A stretch of 45,644 nucleotides of DNA, taken from IMG/VR virus record IMGVR_UViG_3300045988_119588, one strand, 5' to 3'. Below are positions 7,429 to 16,384 of the stretch, in pieces. This DNA comes from a virus. Within the stretch, counting starts at the first letter, position 1. Each line of letters begins with the position of its first letter. The notes beneath the pieces are model-generated. The model was not told where the DNA came from and searched no databases. It saw only the letters and a list, made by a program, of their open reading frames with translations. The translations under genes and the position numbers were made by a program.

Positions 7429-7964
7429 TGGAATTTACCGGAAAAGTGTCCGGGATCACTATGGACTATGCCACTGGGAAATATAACATATCCTTCCAGG
7501 CGGAATCCGCGGATGCTGTGACCAGCCAGTATGACAGGATTAAAGATATTGACAGACTGGTGATTACAGCAAAAAAGTACCGCAAGAAGAGATCACTGGA
7601 TGCCAATGCATACGCATGGGTGCTGATGACCAAGATCGCGGATGCACAGGAGTATCCCACCACGAAAGAAGAGATCTACGAGAAGATGCTGAAGGACTAC
7701 GGTGTGTTAGAAGAAGTTGACGGCGCACCTATTACGGTAACGGTCAAGGCCTGCGTGGACATGAGCAGGATAAGCGGACACTGGTTTCTGATAAAGAACA
7801 ACGGCACCTTTAAGGCATATGCGATGATCAAAGGATCCAGCGAGTATGATACGAAGGAAATGAGCCATTTTATTGACGGAATCATTGCTGAATGTAAGGA
7901 ACTTGGAATAGAGACCCTTCCACCGGCAGAACTGGAAGAAATGATGAAAGCGTGGAAGCCATGA
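7428..7964 (+). CDS. NinB/Orf-like recombination mediator
   Basis: 178 aa. KKRSLDANAYAWVL parallels lambda Orf RSLDQNRKLWACL. KGSSEYDTKEMSHFIDGIIAECKELGIE parallels GQSTSRMRVGEFAELLELIQAFGTERGV. Confidence 0.55.
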   Translation: MEFTGKVSGITMDYATGKYNISFQAESADAVTSQYDRIKDIDRLVITAKKYRKKRSLDANAYAWVLMTKIADAQEYPTTKEEIYEKMLKDYGVLEEVDGAPITVTVKACVDMSRISGHWFLIKNNGTFKAYAMIKGSSEYDTKEMSHFIDGIIAECKELGIETLPPAELEEMMKAWKP

Positions 7965-8254
7965 AAAAGTGTTGGAGCGTGCTTACGGATGATATGAACC
8001 ATTGTTATATTACGCGTTTGAATGTGGTCCATATCCATCACATATTTAATGGCAGCCGAAAGGCAGCCAGTGAGAAAAGAGGATTCCTGGTGCCGCTGCA
8101 TCCTACCTTACATACCTATGGTCCCGACAGCGTGCACAGGAAACCGAATCAGGGACTTGACCTTCGATTGAAGCAGGAATGTCAGCGGTATTATGAGGAG
8201 CATTACGGATCCCGTGAAGAGTTTATAAAAGAGTTTGGAAGATCTTATCTATAA
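7952..8254 (+). CDS. Conserved phage protein (HHIFxG...SEKxG family, zinc ligands degenerate)
   Basis: 100 aa. HIHHIFNGSRKAASEKRGFLVPLHPTLH...REEFIKEFGRSYL resembles a common small Firmicute-phage family of unknown function. The start is uncertain (7952 or 7961). Confidence 0.5.
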   Translation: MEAMKKCWSVLTDDMNHCYITRLNVVHIHHIFNGSRKAASEKRGFLVPLHPTLHTYGPDSVHRKPNQGLDLRLKQECQRYYEEHYGSREEFIKEFGRSYL

Positions 8255-8256
8255 GG

Positions 8257-8697
8257 TTGAAACACCTGCCCTGCGGGGCGAAAGAAACCGTTTGTGTTAG
8301 TGATGGTGTCTCACAAACAGCCATTATTATCGTCAGGGCGGACGGTAGCGCCGCCCAGGAGGTGATCACTATTCTGATTGAGAATTACATACCTTTTGGA
8401 TATGCCAACAGAATCTCACGGGAAAAGCTGTCAGCTGATACACACATGAGCGACAGGAAGAACAGGAAGCTGATGGAAGAGGCTCTGCTGTACCGTGACA
8501 CTCTGATCATAAATATAGATAACGGATACTTCCGGCCGGACGGCAGCCTGGGAGACCGCCAGAAGGCCAAGGCTTATCTGTACCGGGAGCAGATGCGGAC
8601 AAGTAGCTGCAGCAAGCGTTGCAAGGCTATCAGGCAGTGTCTGACACCCAAGGAAGATACCGGGCAGATGTCACTGAAAGAATTTGGAATAGGGTAG
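8257..8697 (+). CDS. Hypothetical protein; start uncertain
   Basis: Track ORF of 146 aa with a TTG start and no good RBS. The first internal ATG is at 8443. Confidence 0.4.
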   Translation: MKHLPCGAKETVCVSDGVSQTAIIIVRADGSAAQEVITILIENYIPFGYANRISREKLSADTHMSDRKNRKLMEEALLYRDTLIINIDNGYFRPDGSLGDRQKAKAYLYREQMRTSSCSKRCKAIRQCLTPKEDTGQMSLKEFGIG

Positions 8698-9393
8698 GTG
8701 ACGGATATGGATTACATAAAGCTGAGCCGGAAGATACTGGAGTGGGAATGGTATGGGAACATAAATACCTGCCGGCTGTTTATCCATATGCTGTTAAAAG
8801 CCTACTGGAAGGATACGAAGATAGAGGGAAAAATGATACCGCGTGGATCGTTCGTATCATCATACGGGAAGCTTGCAGAGGAAACGAACCTCACAACAGA
8901 CGAAGTAAGGACTGCTGTTAAGCACTTAATTTTTACCAAGGAGATTGCCAAGCAGACATACTCCAAAAATACCGTATTTACGGTAAATAATTACGATGCT
9001 TACCAAAATGTCCCAAGCAACTTCCCAGGCAATTCCCAACCTATTCCCACGCTATTCCCAACAAATGAAGAATATAAAGAAATAAAGAATTTTAAAAAAG
9101 AAGTACCTAAAGGTACTAAGAAAAAATTTGAGCCACCGTCGGTTGATGATGTCAGATCTTACTGCCAGGAGCGTGGGAATGGAATTGATCCTGAGTGCTT
9201 TGTTGATTTTTACAAAGCCAAGGACTGGATGATCGGCAAGAACAAGATGAAGGACTGGAAGGCAGCCGTCCGTACTTGGGAGAGAGCCGAACGGAGAGCA
9301 CCTGAGCAGAAGACGGATAAGATCAACAAGGGAATGATGCGTAGCAACTACGAAGACATGGCAGAGCTGGAGAAGCAGTTGTTGTCGAATTGA
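8698..9393 (+). CDS. Phage replisome organizer / DnaD-like replication protein
   Basis: 231 aa. N-terminal wHTH-like region YIKLSRKILEWEWY...RGSFVSSYGKLAEETNLTTDEVRTAVKHL. C-terminal module PSVDDVRSYCQERGNGIDPECFVDFYKAKDWMIGKNKMKDWKAAVRTWE is typical of this family. ATG 8707 is an alternative start. Confidence 0.7.
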   Translation: MTDMDYIKLSRKILEWEWYGNINTCRLFIHMLLKAYWKDTKIEGKMIPRGSFVSSYGKLAEETNLTTDEVRTAVKHLIFTKEIAKQTYSKNTVFTVNNYDAYQNVPSNFPGNSQPIPTLFPTNEEYKEIKNFKKEVPKGTKKKFEPPSVDDVRSYCQERGNGIDPECFVDFYKAKDWMIGKNKMKDWKAAVRTWERAERRAPEQKTDKINKGMMRSNYEDMAELEKQLLSN

Positions 9394-9409
9394 GAAAAGG
9401 AGAAGGAGA

Positions 9410-9628
9410 ATGTCGCAATATCAAGATGTCAATGCTATATGTCCTTTCTTTTTGTCCGGCGATAAGCAGCGGATCACCTGCGAGGGACTGATTGACAAAA
9501 CCAAGTGCATCAACCGTTTTGATTTTGGCAAAGACCGGGAGCAGTACCGGAGCAGGTACTGTGACAGCAATTATGAGCAGTGCCGGATATACCGGATGCT
9601 GATGGACAAATACAGGGAGCAGAAATGA
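9410..9628 (+). CDS. Cys-rich hypothetical protein (72 aa)
   Basis: Track ORF with AAAGGAGAAGGAGA RBS and several Cys residues (CPFF...CEG...C...YC...C). Confidence 0.55.
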   Translation: MSQYQDVNAICPFFLSGDKQRITCEGLIDKTKCINRFDFGKDREQYRSRYCDSNYEQCRIYRMLMDKYREQK

Positions 9629-10218
9629 ACCAGAACTTTAGAAGAGCAAAGGCAATCGAGGAAAAGAATAAAAAGAGGATCCTAGAAGTCAATCCACATG
9701 TGGATGAGGGCAGCGGAATCTATTTTTTAACCCGGACAGAGGACGGAATCCGGTATGCATACATCGGACAGGCAAAGCACCTGCTGACAAGACTAGCACA
9801 GCACTTATCCGGATACCAGCACATAGATTTGTCAATCAAAAATCATGGACTGTATGCCGCGGATAATATCACAGGCTGGAAAATCGGCTTTCTTCACTAC
9901 CCGGAGGACAAACTGGATGAGATGGAGCAGAAATACATACGGCAGTATGCACAGGCTGGTTACCAGCTTCGGAACAAGACCGCCGGCGGTCAGGGTGATG
10001 GCAAGAAACAGATCGATGAATACCGCCCCGGGAAAGGTTATCATGACGGATTAAAGCAGGGTTACATCAACGCCAGCCGGGAGATCGCACATCTCTTTGA
10101 TCTGCATCTGGAAGTGACCGCCAAGAAGGATCCACCGACGGCGCACCAGAAGAACGCCCTGGAAAAGTTTAAAGCATTTTTGCAGGCATACAAGCAACAG
10201 GAGGATGAGGATGACTAG
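9625..10218 (+). CDS. GIY-YIG nuclease domain protein
   Basis: 197 aa from ATG 9625 (ATGA overlap). Motif: GIYFLTRTEDGIRYAYIGQAKHLLTRLAQH. Confidence 0.75.
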   Translation: MNQNFRRAKAIEEKNKKRILEVNPHVDEGSGIYFLTRTEDGIRYAYIGQAKHLLTRLAQHLSGYQHIDLSIKNHGLYAADNITGWKIGFLHYPEDKLDEMEQKYIRQYAQAGYQLRNKTAGGQGDGKKQIDEYRPGKGYHDGLKQGYINASREIAHLFDLHLEVTAKKDPPTAHQKNALEKFKAFLQAYKQQEDEDD

Positions 10219-10420
10219 AGATATTTATAAAGCACTCATGGTGGCAGTAACGATGTGCGAGATGCCAATCGGAACTAGGGTGCGGCTGAAAGATGATTAC
10301 CCTGGTATCACACACATAATCGACGGATACCAATTGACTGCGCGGGGATCATACATGGAGTTTCGGGATGGATCCAGTCTTAACATCGAAAATTTGGAAC
10401 AGATAGAGAAGGTGATCTGA
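10211..10420 (+). CDS. Hypothetical protein
   Basis: Track ORF 10205-10420. The second ATG (10211) has better spacing from the AGGAGGA. Confidence 0.5.
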   Translation: MTRDIYKALMVAVTMCEMPIGTRVRLKDDYPGITHIIDGYQLTARGSYMEFRDGSSLNIENLEQIEKVI

Positions 10421-10770
10421 TGGAAATGTCAAATGAAGAGATCATACGGAGATATAAGCAGGCAAAGCATAAGCCGTCGCAGATACAGATCCTGGCGGAC
10501 CTTAATGCCTGTCCGAAATCAAAGATACTGGAGATCATCAGCGGAGAGATACTTGATAATCATGCCGCTGCGCGCGCCACAGTGCCACAGGAACCGATTA
10601 AAAAGGTTGAGGTGGTAAATTCTCCGCTTGGTGAAATAGATGCCCTGGAATCGTTTGTTACGGACCGAATGGATGAATTGGAAAATCAGATTAAGGAGTT
10701 GGAGAGTAAGTACAGGGATCTTGCCACAACGCTGCTGGTAATCGGACAGTATAAGGAGATGGCAATATGA
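10420..10770 (+). CDS. Hypothetical protein (116 aa)
   Basis: Track ORF, with ATGA-type overlap with the upstream stop. Confidence 0.55.
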   Translation: MEMSNEEIIRRYKQAKHKPSQIQILADLNACPKSKILEIISGEILDNHAAARATVPQEPIKKVEVVNSPLGEIDALESFVTDRMDELENQIKELESKYRDLATTLLVIGQYKEMAI

Positions 10771-10943
10771 GTGGAGGATTTCATAGCGAGGATGAGCTGC
10801 GGAAGATGGAGCAGCATCCCAGTGTGCAGGCCATACGGATCGGACGGACTAAGCCGTATGACTGCAGCTATCCAGTGATGGCGGAGAGACTGAGGATCAA
10901 GGAAAGGAGCAAGGATGGAGAGACTGACACAAAAAGCACCTGA
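10767..10943 (+). CDS. Possible small protein (58 aa)
   Basis: ATG 10767 overlaps the upstream TGA. It fills an otherwise non-coding 145-nt gap and overlaps the next ORF by 29 nt. Below the track cutoff. Confidence 0.3.
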   Translation: MSGGFHSEDELRKMEQHPSVQAIRIGRTKPYDCSYPVMAERLRIKERSKDGETDTKST

Positions 10944-11319
10944 TTCAGAAATGGTATGGTTTAAGGATAAAGAAAGACTATTTGAGCCATGTGAAATGAG
11001 TGCTCATCAGAGTAGGCTGGCTATTGCGAAGTTGGCAGCATATGAACAAGCCGAGGAGCAGGGATTGCTACTGCGGTTGCCGTGCAAGGTGGGAGATACA
11101 TTATATTGTATAACTCCATATGTAAAAGAACCGATTATTACAGCACATGTTTTACAAATGAATATCAAGCAGTTTTACAATAAAAGAATCATTGTAAGAA
11201 TTGATGTCATGAATAAAATGGGTGAAAGCTGTTATTTCTTAGATGATATAGGTAAAAAAATATTTTTATCCAAAGAGGAAGCCGAAGCCAAACTGAAAGA
11301 ATTGAGAGGTGCGGAATGA
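10915..11319 (+). CDS. Hypothetical protein (134 aa)
   Basis: Track ORF with GGAAAGGAGCAAGG upstream of the ATG. Confidence 0.55.
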   Translation: MERLTQKAPDSEMVWFKDKERLFEPCEMSAHQSRLAIAKLAAYEQAEEQGLLLRLPCKVGDTLYCITPYVKEPIITAHVLQMNIKQFYNKRIIVRIDVMNKMGESCYFLDDIGKKIFLSKEEAEAKLKELRGAE

Positions 11320-11663
11320 AGAGAGAAGAAGCTATTTACTGCTTAAAGGCTCAGAGTGAACGGTACTCAGAGGTTTGTGAAGAATGTCCTCTGTACGGAC
11401 AAACTGGATTGGATCATTGCTGTGAGGATGCATTACAAATGGCAATCACCGCATTGCAGAATCAGCCGGTGTGGATTCCGGTGAGTGATAGACTGCCTGA
11501 AGAATCTCTTAATAGCGTAATTGGATGGGATACATATCGAAACCGTTGTTGCTTTGTACAATATTTGGGAGGACGGTTTGTCCTCGGTGATGATATTGAT
11601 AGCGTAAATGTTATAGCCTGGATGCCACTGCCGGAGCCATACCGGGAAAGTGAGGGAAAATAA
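11316..11663 (+). CDS. DUF551-like phage protein
   Basis: 115 aa. PVWIPVSDRLPEE...VIAWMPLPEPY is the typical DUF551 pattern. Confidence 0.6.
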   Translation: MKREEAIYCLKAQSERYSEVCEECPLYGQTGLDHCCEDALQMAITALQNQPVWIPVSDRLPEESLNSVIGWDTYRNRCCFVQYLGGRFVLGDDIDSVNVIAWMPLPEPYRESEGK

Positions 11664-12046
11664 TGGCGAACAGAAATACATTACATATTTCTAAATTAGA
11701 ATCATTTAAAAATTGGCTGATAAAGGACGGATGGGAACTTCTTCCACTGTCAAAGAACCCATATGAAGTATTGAGAGCAAGTAAGATGGGAATATCAAAT
11801 CCTCTGATTGTGTATTCTGGAAAAAGCAAGGAGCATCTTTCCTTTGCAAATGAATGGCTGCCGGTAGTAGAAGCATTTTTACATAAAAAGACCAACGCAG
11901 ATAAAATCAGAGCAATGTCGGACGAAGAACTGGCAGAAACAATCATGTGTCCATTTGATATTATCGGCAGTAACGAGATATGTTTTTATAAACGGAATTG
12001 CAAAGAATGTACATTAGCATGGTTGCAGAAAGAAAGTGAGGAATGA
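11663..12046 (+). CDS. Hypothetical protein (127 aa)
   Basis: Track ORF, tightly packed with its neighbours (TAATG overlap). Confidence 0.55.
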   Translation: MANRNTLHISKLESFKNWLIKDGWELLPLSKNPYEVLRASKMGISNPLIVYSGKSKEHLSFANEWLPVVEAFLHKKTNADKIRAMSDEELAETIMCPFDIIGSNEICFYKRNCKECTLAWLQKESEE

Positions 12047-12495
12047 GGATGCAAGATAGATATTTATTCAAGGCAAAACGCAAAGATGATGGCGAATGGG
12101 TATTTGGTGGATTGTCTTACTGTGAAAAAACTAATGCTTATTTTATTACAAACATGGGGAAAGACCATATATCATATATCGGTTTTCACCAAGAGGTTGA
12201 TTCTAATACCATCTGCCAGTGCACCGGACTTAAGGACAAGAACGGTAATCTGATTTGGGAGAATGACATTGTTTCTTGTAAACATGAAAAGTATATAGGG
12301 ACAGATGTCTTGGACAGTAAAATGCACAGGTATACTCGAAATTATGCAATTGAATTTGAAAATACATTCTGTAATTACGGACTTCGTTTCAGAAATAAGT
12401 CAATTCATTTTCGGTGTACGCAAGCCACATTATGTATGCATGATTGTGAAGTGCTTGGAAATGTATTTGACAATCCAGAACTGTTGGAGGAGTAG
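12043..12495 (+). CDS. YopX family protein
   Basis: 150 aa. RYLFKAKRKDDGEWVFG...CQCTGLKDKNGNLIWENDIV is the YopX pattern. Confidence 0.75.
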   Translation: MRMQDRYLFKAKRKDDGEWVFGGLSYCEKTNAYFITNMGKDHISYIGFHQEVDSNTICQCTGLKDKNGNLIWENDIVSCKHEKYIGTDVLDSKMHRYTRNYAIEFENTFCNYGLRFRNKSIHFRCTQATLCMHDCEVLGNVFDNPELLEE

Positions 12496-12497
12496 CT

Positions 12498-12761
12498 ATG
12501 CGAGTACATAACCTTAAAATCTTAAATGATTTTGCAGATGCGGTAGTAATGGGAGAAAAGCCCTTTGAGATCAGGAAGAATGACCGTGGATATCAGAAGG
12601 GTGATTATATCAAGTTCCAGGCGATAGATGAAAGCGGCACACCGAATCAACATTGCATCAATGACAAATTATATCTCATTACCTTTGTAATGAATGGATG
12701 GGGCATAAAGAACGGATACGTTGTGTTGGGAATCAAGGAAAGCGAGGGTATCCATGATTGA
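12498..12761 (+). CDS. DUF3850 (ASCH-like, PUA fold) protein
   Basis: 87 aa. HNLKILNDFADAVVMGEKPFEIRKNDRGYQKGDYIKF matches the DUF3850 signature. Confidence 0.7.
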   Translation: MRVHNLKILNDFADAVVMGEKPFEIRKNDRGYQKGDYIKFQAIDESGTPNQHCINDKLYLITFVMNGWGIKNGYVVLGIKESEGIHD

Positions 12762-13137
12762 TGAGGTTTTCAATGTAATGGAATGTTTCCCAAAGAGTTA
12801 TATTACTCAATTTGGAGAACTTATTTTATCAGATAAAGGAAATGTGTATTTTGTAGCGAAAAACTGTAAGACACAGAAAGATATTATATGCAAACTTTTA
12901 GAGTGGTGTTCCAGACCCATTGCAAAGGGAGAACCTTACCGCCAAGAGAAGAGAAATAAAGAATGGAGAGAAAAACTTCTTTCTGGATATAACAAATATC
13001 TTGGCACACAGTTTACACAAGATGATATGTACTGGATATACGATAAACTTGGTAATGCGGTCGACCATGAATTAACGATTAAATTTATAGAAAGCGGATA
13101 TAATTTGAAACTTTTATATCCACAGAAGGGAGAGTAG
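12754..13137 (+). CDS. Hypothetical protein
   Basis: 127 aa from ATG 12754, overlapping the upstream stop. The track ORF starts at 12721. Confidence 0.55.
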   Translation: MIDEVFNVMECFPKSYITQFGELILSDKGNVYFVAKNCKTQKDIICKLLEWCSRPIAKGEPYRQEKRNKEWREKLLSGYNKYLGTQFTQDDMYWIYDKLGNAVDHELTIKFIESGYNLKLLYPQKGE

Positions 13138-13139
13138 CC

Positions 13140-13652
13140 ATGACGGAGAATGAAGCAATAGAAAAATTACATGCATATCTTGAATGTGAAAGCCGTAGAG
13201 CAAAAATTGTAAGTTGTAATGAAAGTTGCGATGATTGCGAATTATGTTATATGCAGGGTACTGGCGCTGAACACATTACAAGTGTGAAAACAGCAATTAA
13301 GGCACTGGAAGAGGTGCAACAGTACCGCCAGATCGGAAAGATTGGCACCTGTAGAAATGCCGTTGAGATTTGCAAAGCTATGATCGAGCGTGGGATTGAC
13401 CAGGACAATATCGCAGAATACATAAAATTTGAGGATAACCTAGTGCAGAGAGGGTACGACCTCAAAAAGCTGATTGAGATGATGGAGGAGCATAAGCAGT
13501 ACCGTCAGATCTGCACGGTGGAGGAATGTTTGCGGAATAAGGATTTCTTGGATTTCCTTGCGGACAAGATGAACCCGAACGATTTTGAAACATATTTGAG
13601 TATGTACAATTCATCTGGCGAGAAACAGGAGGATGAACGATGGGAAAATTGA
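13140..13652 (+). CDS. Hypothetical protein (170 aa)
   Basis: Track ORF with GGGAGAG upstream. Two similar QYRQI-containing half-repeats are seen in the translation. Confidence 0.55.
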   Translation: MTENEAIEKLHAYLECESRRAKIVSCNESCDDCELCYMQGTGAEHITSVKTAIKALEEVQQYRQIGKIGTCRNAVEICKAMIERGIDQDNIAEYIKFEDNLVQRGYDLKKLIEMMEEHKQYRQICTVEECLRNKDFLDFLADKMNPNDFETYLSMYNSSGEKQEDERWEN

Positions 13653-13855
13653 TTTATGCGGATAAATTAAAAGCGGATTTAGAAAAAGCAATTTCAAAGA
13701 ATGAAGATATGGATTGCTTAGACTTTTTACGTGCTGCCTCTGTTATTGATGCGCAGCCGACCGCCTACGACCCGGATAAGGTTGTGGAGCAGTTGGAATC
13801 ACGCACAGCATTCCTTAAAGACTGTACGAAGTATGGAAATAAAACAACAGATTAG
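13640..13855 (+). CDS. Hypothetical protein (71 aa)
   Basis: Track ORF with AGGAGGATGAACG before the ATG. Confidence 0.5.
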   Translation: MGKLIYADKLKADLEKAISKNEDMDCLDFLRAASVIDAQPTAYDPDKVVEQLESRTAFLKDCTKYGNKTTD

Positions 13856-13943
13856 CAGTCAAAATCCTACGACACTATGATGATGTATGAGGTCAAGGAT
13901 TTGGTAGATGATTTGTTGGAGATTGTAAAGGCAGGTGGAGCAG

Positions 13944-14672
13944 ATGGCAATTAAACCGATTTTATTCAATACAGAAATGGTTCGGGCAATTCTGGACGGG
14001 CTGAAGACCTGCACCCGGCGTATATGCAAAGATGCAAATGAGTATACCGTACCAGATATGGAATTTTACAATGCCGACAAGAGAACTTATGCAGTACATA
14101 ACTTTGCAGATAAGAAACATACGGAGCAGTTAAGCATAGCAGAAAGAACTTGTCATATCTGTCCGGGGGATGTTCTGTATATTCGCGAGACATGGACGGA
14201 GGAATGTGGAAAATATTATTATCGTGCGGACTATGACAGCGATTATTTAGACCCATGTGAAACCTTATCTGGTGGCTACCCGGCAAGTTGCAGAAATCAT
14301 CCGGGATGTGATGGATGTATGGCAACTTCAACGAGAATACACTGGCACCCATCAATCCACATGCCGAAAGAAGCAGCTCGTATCTGGCTGAAGGTTACGG
14401 ATGTGAGAGTGGAACGGTTGCAGGAGATTACGCCAAAGGACGCTGAAAACGAAGGTGTTGGAAATCTTTTCTACGAAGATATAGGGTACAGTGAAAAAAA
14501 TTATGTAACAGAGGTGGATCCAGAGTACGGAATCACTAAGGAACAATTTGCTTGGTTATGGGAATCAACCATCAAGAAATCTGACATTGACCGCTACGGC
14601 TGGGATGCTAATCCGTGGGTATGGGTTATCGAATTTGAGCGGTGCGAGAAGCCGGAAGGGAAAAATTGTTGA
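13944..14672 (+). CDS. ASCH domain protein
   Basis: 242 aa from ATG 13944 (AGGTGGAG upstream). MAIKPILFNTEMVRAILDGLKTCTRRI...GDVLYIRETW is the classic ASCH N-terminal pattern. Confidence 0.7.
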   Translation: MAIKPILFNTEMVRAILDGLKTCTRRICKDANEYTVPDMEFYNADKRTYAVHNFADKKHTEQLSIAERTCHICPGDVLYIRETWTEECGKYYYRADYDSDYLDPCETLSGGYPASCRNHPGCDGCMATSTRIHWHPSIHMPKEAARIWLKVTDVRVERLQEITPKDAENEGVGNLFYEDIGYSEKNYVTEVDPEYGITKEQFAWLWESTIKKSDIDRYGWDANPWVWVIEFERCEKPEGKNC

Positions 14673-14781
14673 TTAAAGCCAATAGTTTTGGCAATTTGTT
14701 GCGATAAACCACAACACAAGTAAAAACCACATGTGATATTTTGACACCGCATATGTAAGTAAATCGAAAGGAGTGAGAGGT

Positions 14782-16044
14782 TTGCTGGCCAGCGTGAAAG
14801 AGCTCTTTACTCCGAAGATAATAATGGAATCAGTAAAAGAAAGAATGGAGAGAATCGGGGCATATGCAAAGATTGCTTCATTCATGCAGAAAGAAAAGCA
14901 GGATTATAGTTTTAAAAGAAAATATGCGCAGATTCGCGCGGAAGAGTTTCGCCGGGAGTGTGATAAGAGAGGCCTTAATTGCCATGTATCGGTAGGTGGA
15001 CTGGATAGCATTATCCTTTACATATTTCTGAAAAAGGTATGCAACATTGATGTTCCAGGAGTATCCGCATCATATCTGGAAGACAAGAGTATTCAGAAGG
15101 TGCACAGGGCAATCGGAATTATCAATGTACCACCGTTGAAACGCGAGGACGGAACCTATTGGAGTAAACCGAAGGTGATTCAGGAGTTCGGCTTCCCGGT
15201 GATCTCCAAAGAGGTGGCAGCAAAGATAGAACTGCTACAAAATCCTTCGGAGAAGAATAAGACAGTACGCCACGCCATTATTACCGGTGAGACTGGGGAA
15301 TATGGTGGCTGGCAGAAAGATTCCCGAATGAAACTTAACCACAGATGGCTGAAGCTTTTCGGTGGGTATGAGAACGAAAACGAGGGATGTGATTATCAGA
15401 AGCCTGATTTCTTGGTATCTTCCAAGTGCTGTTATTACCTCAAAGAAAAGAACTGTGATGACTGGGGAAAAGAGCATAACAGTGTACCGTATTTAGGGTT
15501 GATGGCATCAGAGGGCGGCAGACGTGCCAAGAGCCTGCGGATGAATGGGTGCAATTACTTTGGAGCATCCACAATCAGATCAGCGCCGTTTGCTATTTTC
15601 CACCGACAGGATATTCTGTCCCTAGCACTGGAGATGGACGAGCAGTGGCGGAATGGATGGAAAGATGAATTCCATGAACAGCTATTGCGTGAGGGAAAGC
15701 TTACAGAGAATTTTGTGATGCCGGAGTCGTTGATCCCGGAGATATACGGGACCATCGAGAAGAAACCGGACGGAACTCTGTATACCACCAAAGCACAGAG
15801 AACCGGTTGCAGCATGTGTGGATTTGGAATCCACATGGAAAAGAGACCACACAGGTTCGATCTGCTATATGAAAGCAATCCCAAGGAATGGGATTATCTG
15901 ATGTTCCATATGTGTAAGGATTCAGACGGCAATGACTATGGTTGGGCAAAAGTATTGGAATATATTGGTGTTGGATGGGATCCATCAACTATCGGTGGTA
16001 ATTGCAAAGGGCAGATGAGCATAGATGATTTTATGGATTATTAA
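14782..16044 (+). CDS. PAPS-reductase/DndC/IbrA-like PP-loop protein
   Basis: About 420 aa. PP-loop variant HVSVGGLDS, CCYYLKEK motif, C-terminal GCSMCGFG cysteine cluster. Start proposed at TTG 14782 (AAAGGAG 8 nt upstream); the track start is GTG 14773. Confidence 0.8.
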   Translation: MLASVKELFTPKIIMESVKERMERIGAYAKIASFMQKEKQDYSFKRKYAQIRAEEFRRECDKRGLNCHVSVGGLDSIILYIFLKKVCNIDVPGVSASYLEDKSIQKVHRAIGIINVPPLKREDGTYWSKPKVIQEFGFPVISKEVAAKIELLQNPSEKNKTVRHAIITGETGEYGGWQKDSRMKLNHRWLKLFGGYENENEGCDYQKPDFLVSSKCCYYLKEKNCDDWGKEHNSVPYLGLMASEGGRRAKSLRMNGCNYFGASTIRSAPFAIFHRQDILSLALEMDEQWRNGWKDEFHEQLLREGKLTENFVMPESLIPEIYGTIEKKPDGTLYTTKAQRTGCSMCGFGIHMEKRPHRFDLLYESNPKEWDYLMFHMCKDSDGNDYGWAKVLEYIGVGWDPSTIGGNCKGQMSIDDFMDY

Positions 16045-16051
16045 ATAAAAA

Positions 16052-16075
16052 CTGCAATGGACAATTCCATTGCAG
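16052..16075 (-). terminator. Rho-independent terminator for a minus-strand transcript
   Basis: 10-bp perfect stem CTGCAATGGA/TCCATTGCAG with a 4-nt loop. It is followed by UUUUUAUUU only on the minus strand. Confidence 0.55.
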
Positions 16076-16084
16076 AAAGAATGA

Positions 16085-16252
16085 TTATTCTTTTTTAGTC
16101 TTATGCTTGGTAGTAAAAGTTATTGTTATGTGAAAAAGTTTATTTCCACATTTTATTTTCTTCACGTTTGATTTTTTTGAAAATCTTAAAAGAAAATATG
16201 TACACAATGGGATTGATATTACTACCAAACAAAGGGTCAAAAATACAATCAT
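16085..16252 (-). CDS. Possible small single-TM peptide (55 aa) in an antisense AT-rich islet
   Basis: Track ORF 16085-16303 (minus). From internal ATG 16252: MIVFLTLCLVVISIPLCTYFLLRFSKKSNVKKIKC..., a hydrophobic N-terminus with a basic tail. GGAGGA lies 13 nt upstream and a terminator is directly downstream. Confidence 0.3.
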   Translation of the reverse strand: MIVFLTLCLVVISIPLCTYFLLRFSKKSNVKKIKCGNKLFHITITFTTKHKTKKE

Positions 16253-16384
16253 ATTGTTTTTTCGATCCTCCGGCCAGAGTAAGACATGGCCATTATATAA
16301 CATTGTTTATGTTAATACAAGACATATTGGAAAGGAGCCGAACCTCCGGCCGGGGTAACGCTATAGCAGGTTCCTTTTGGGAAA

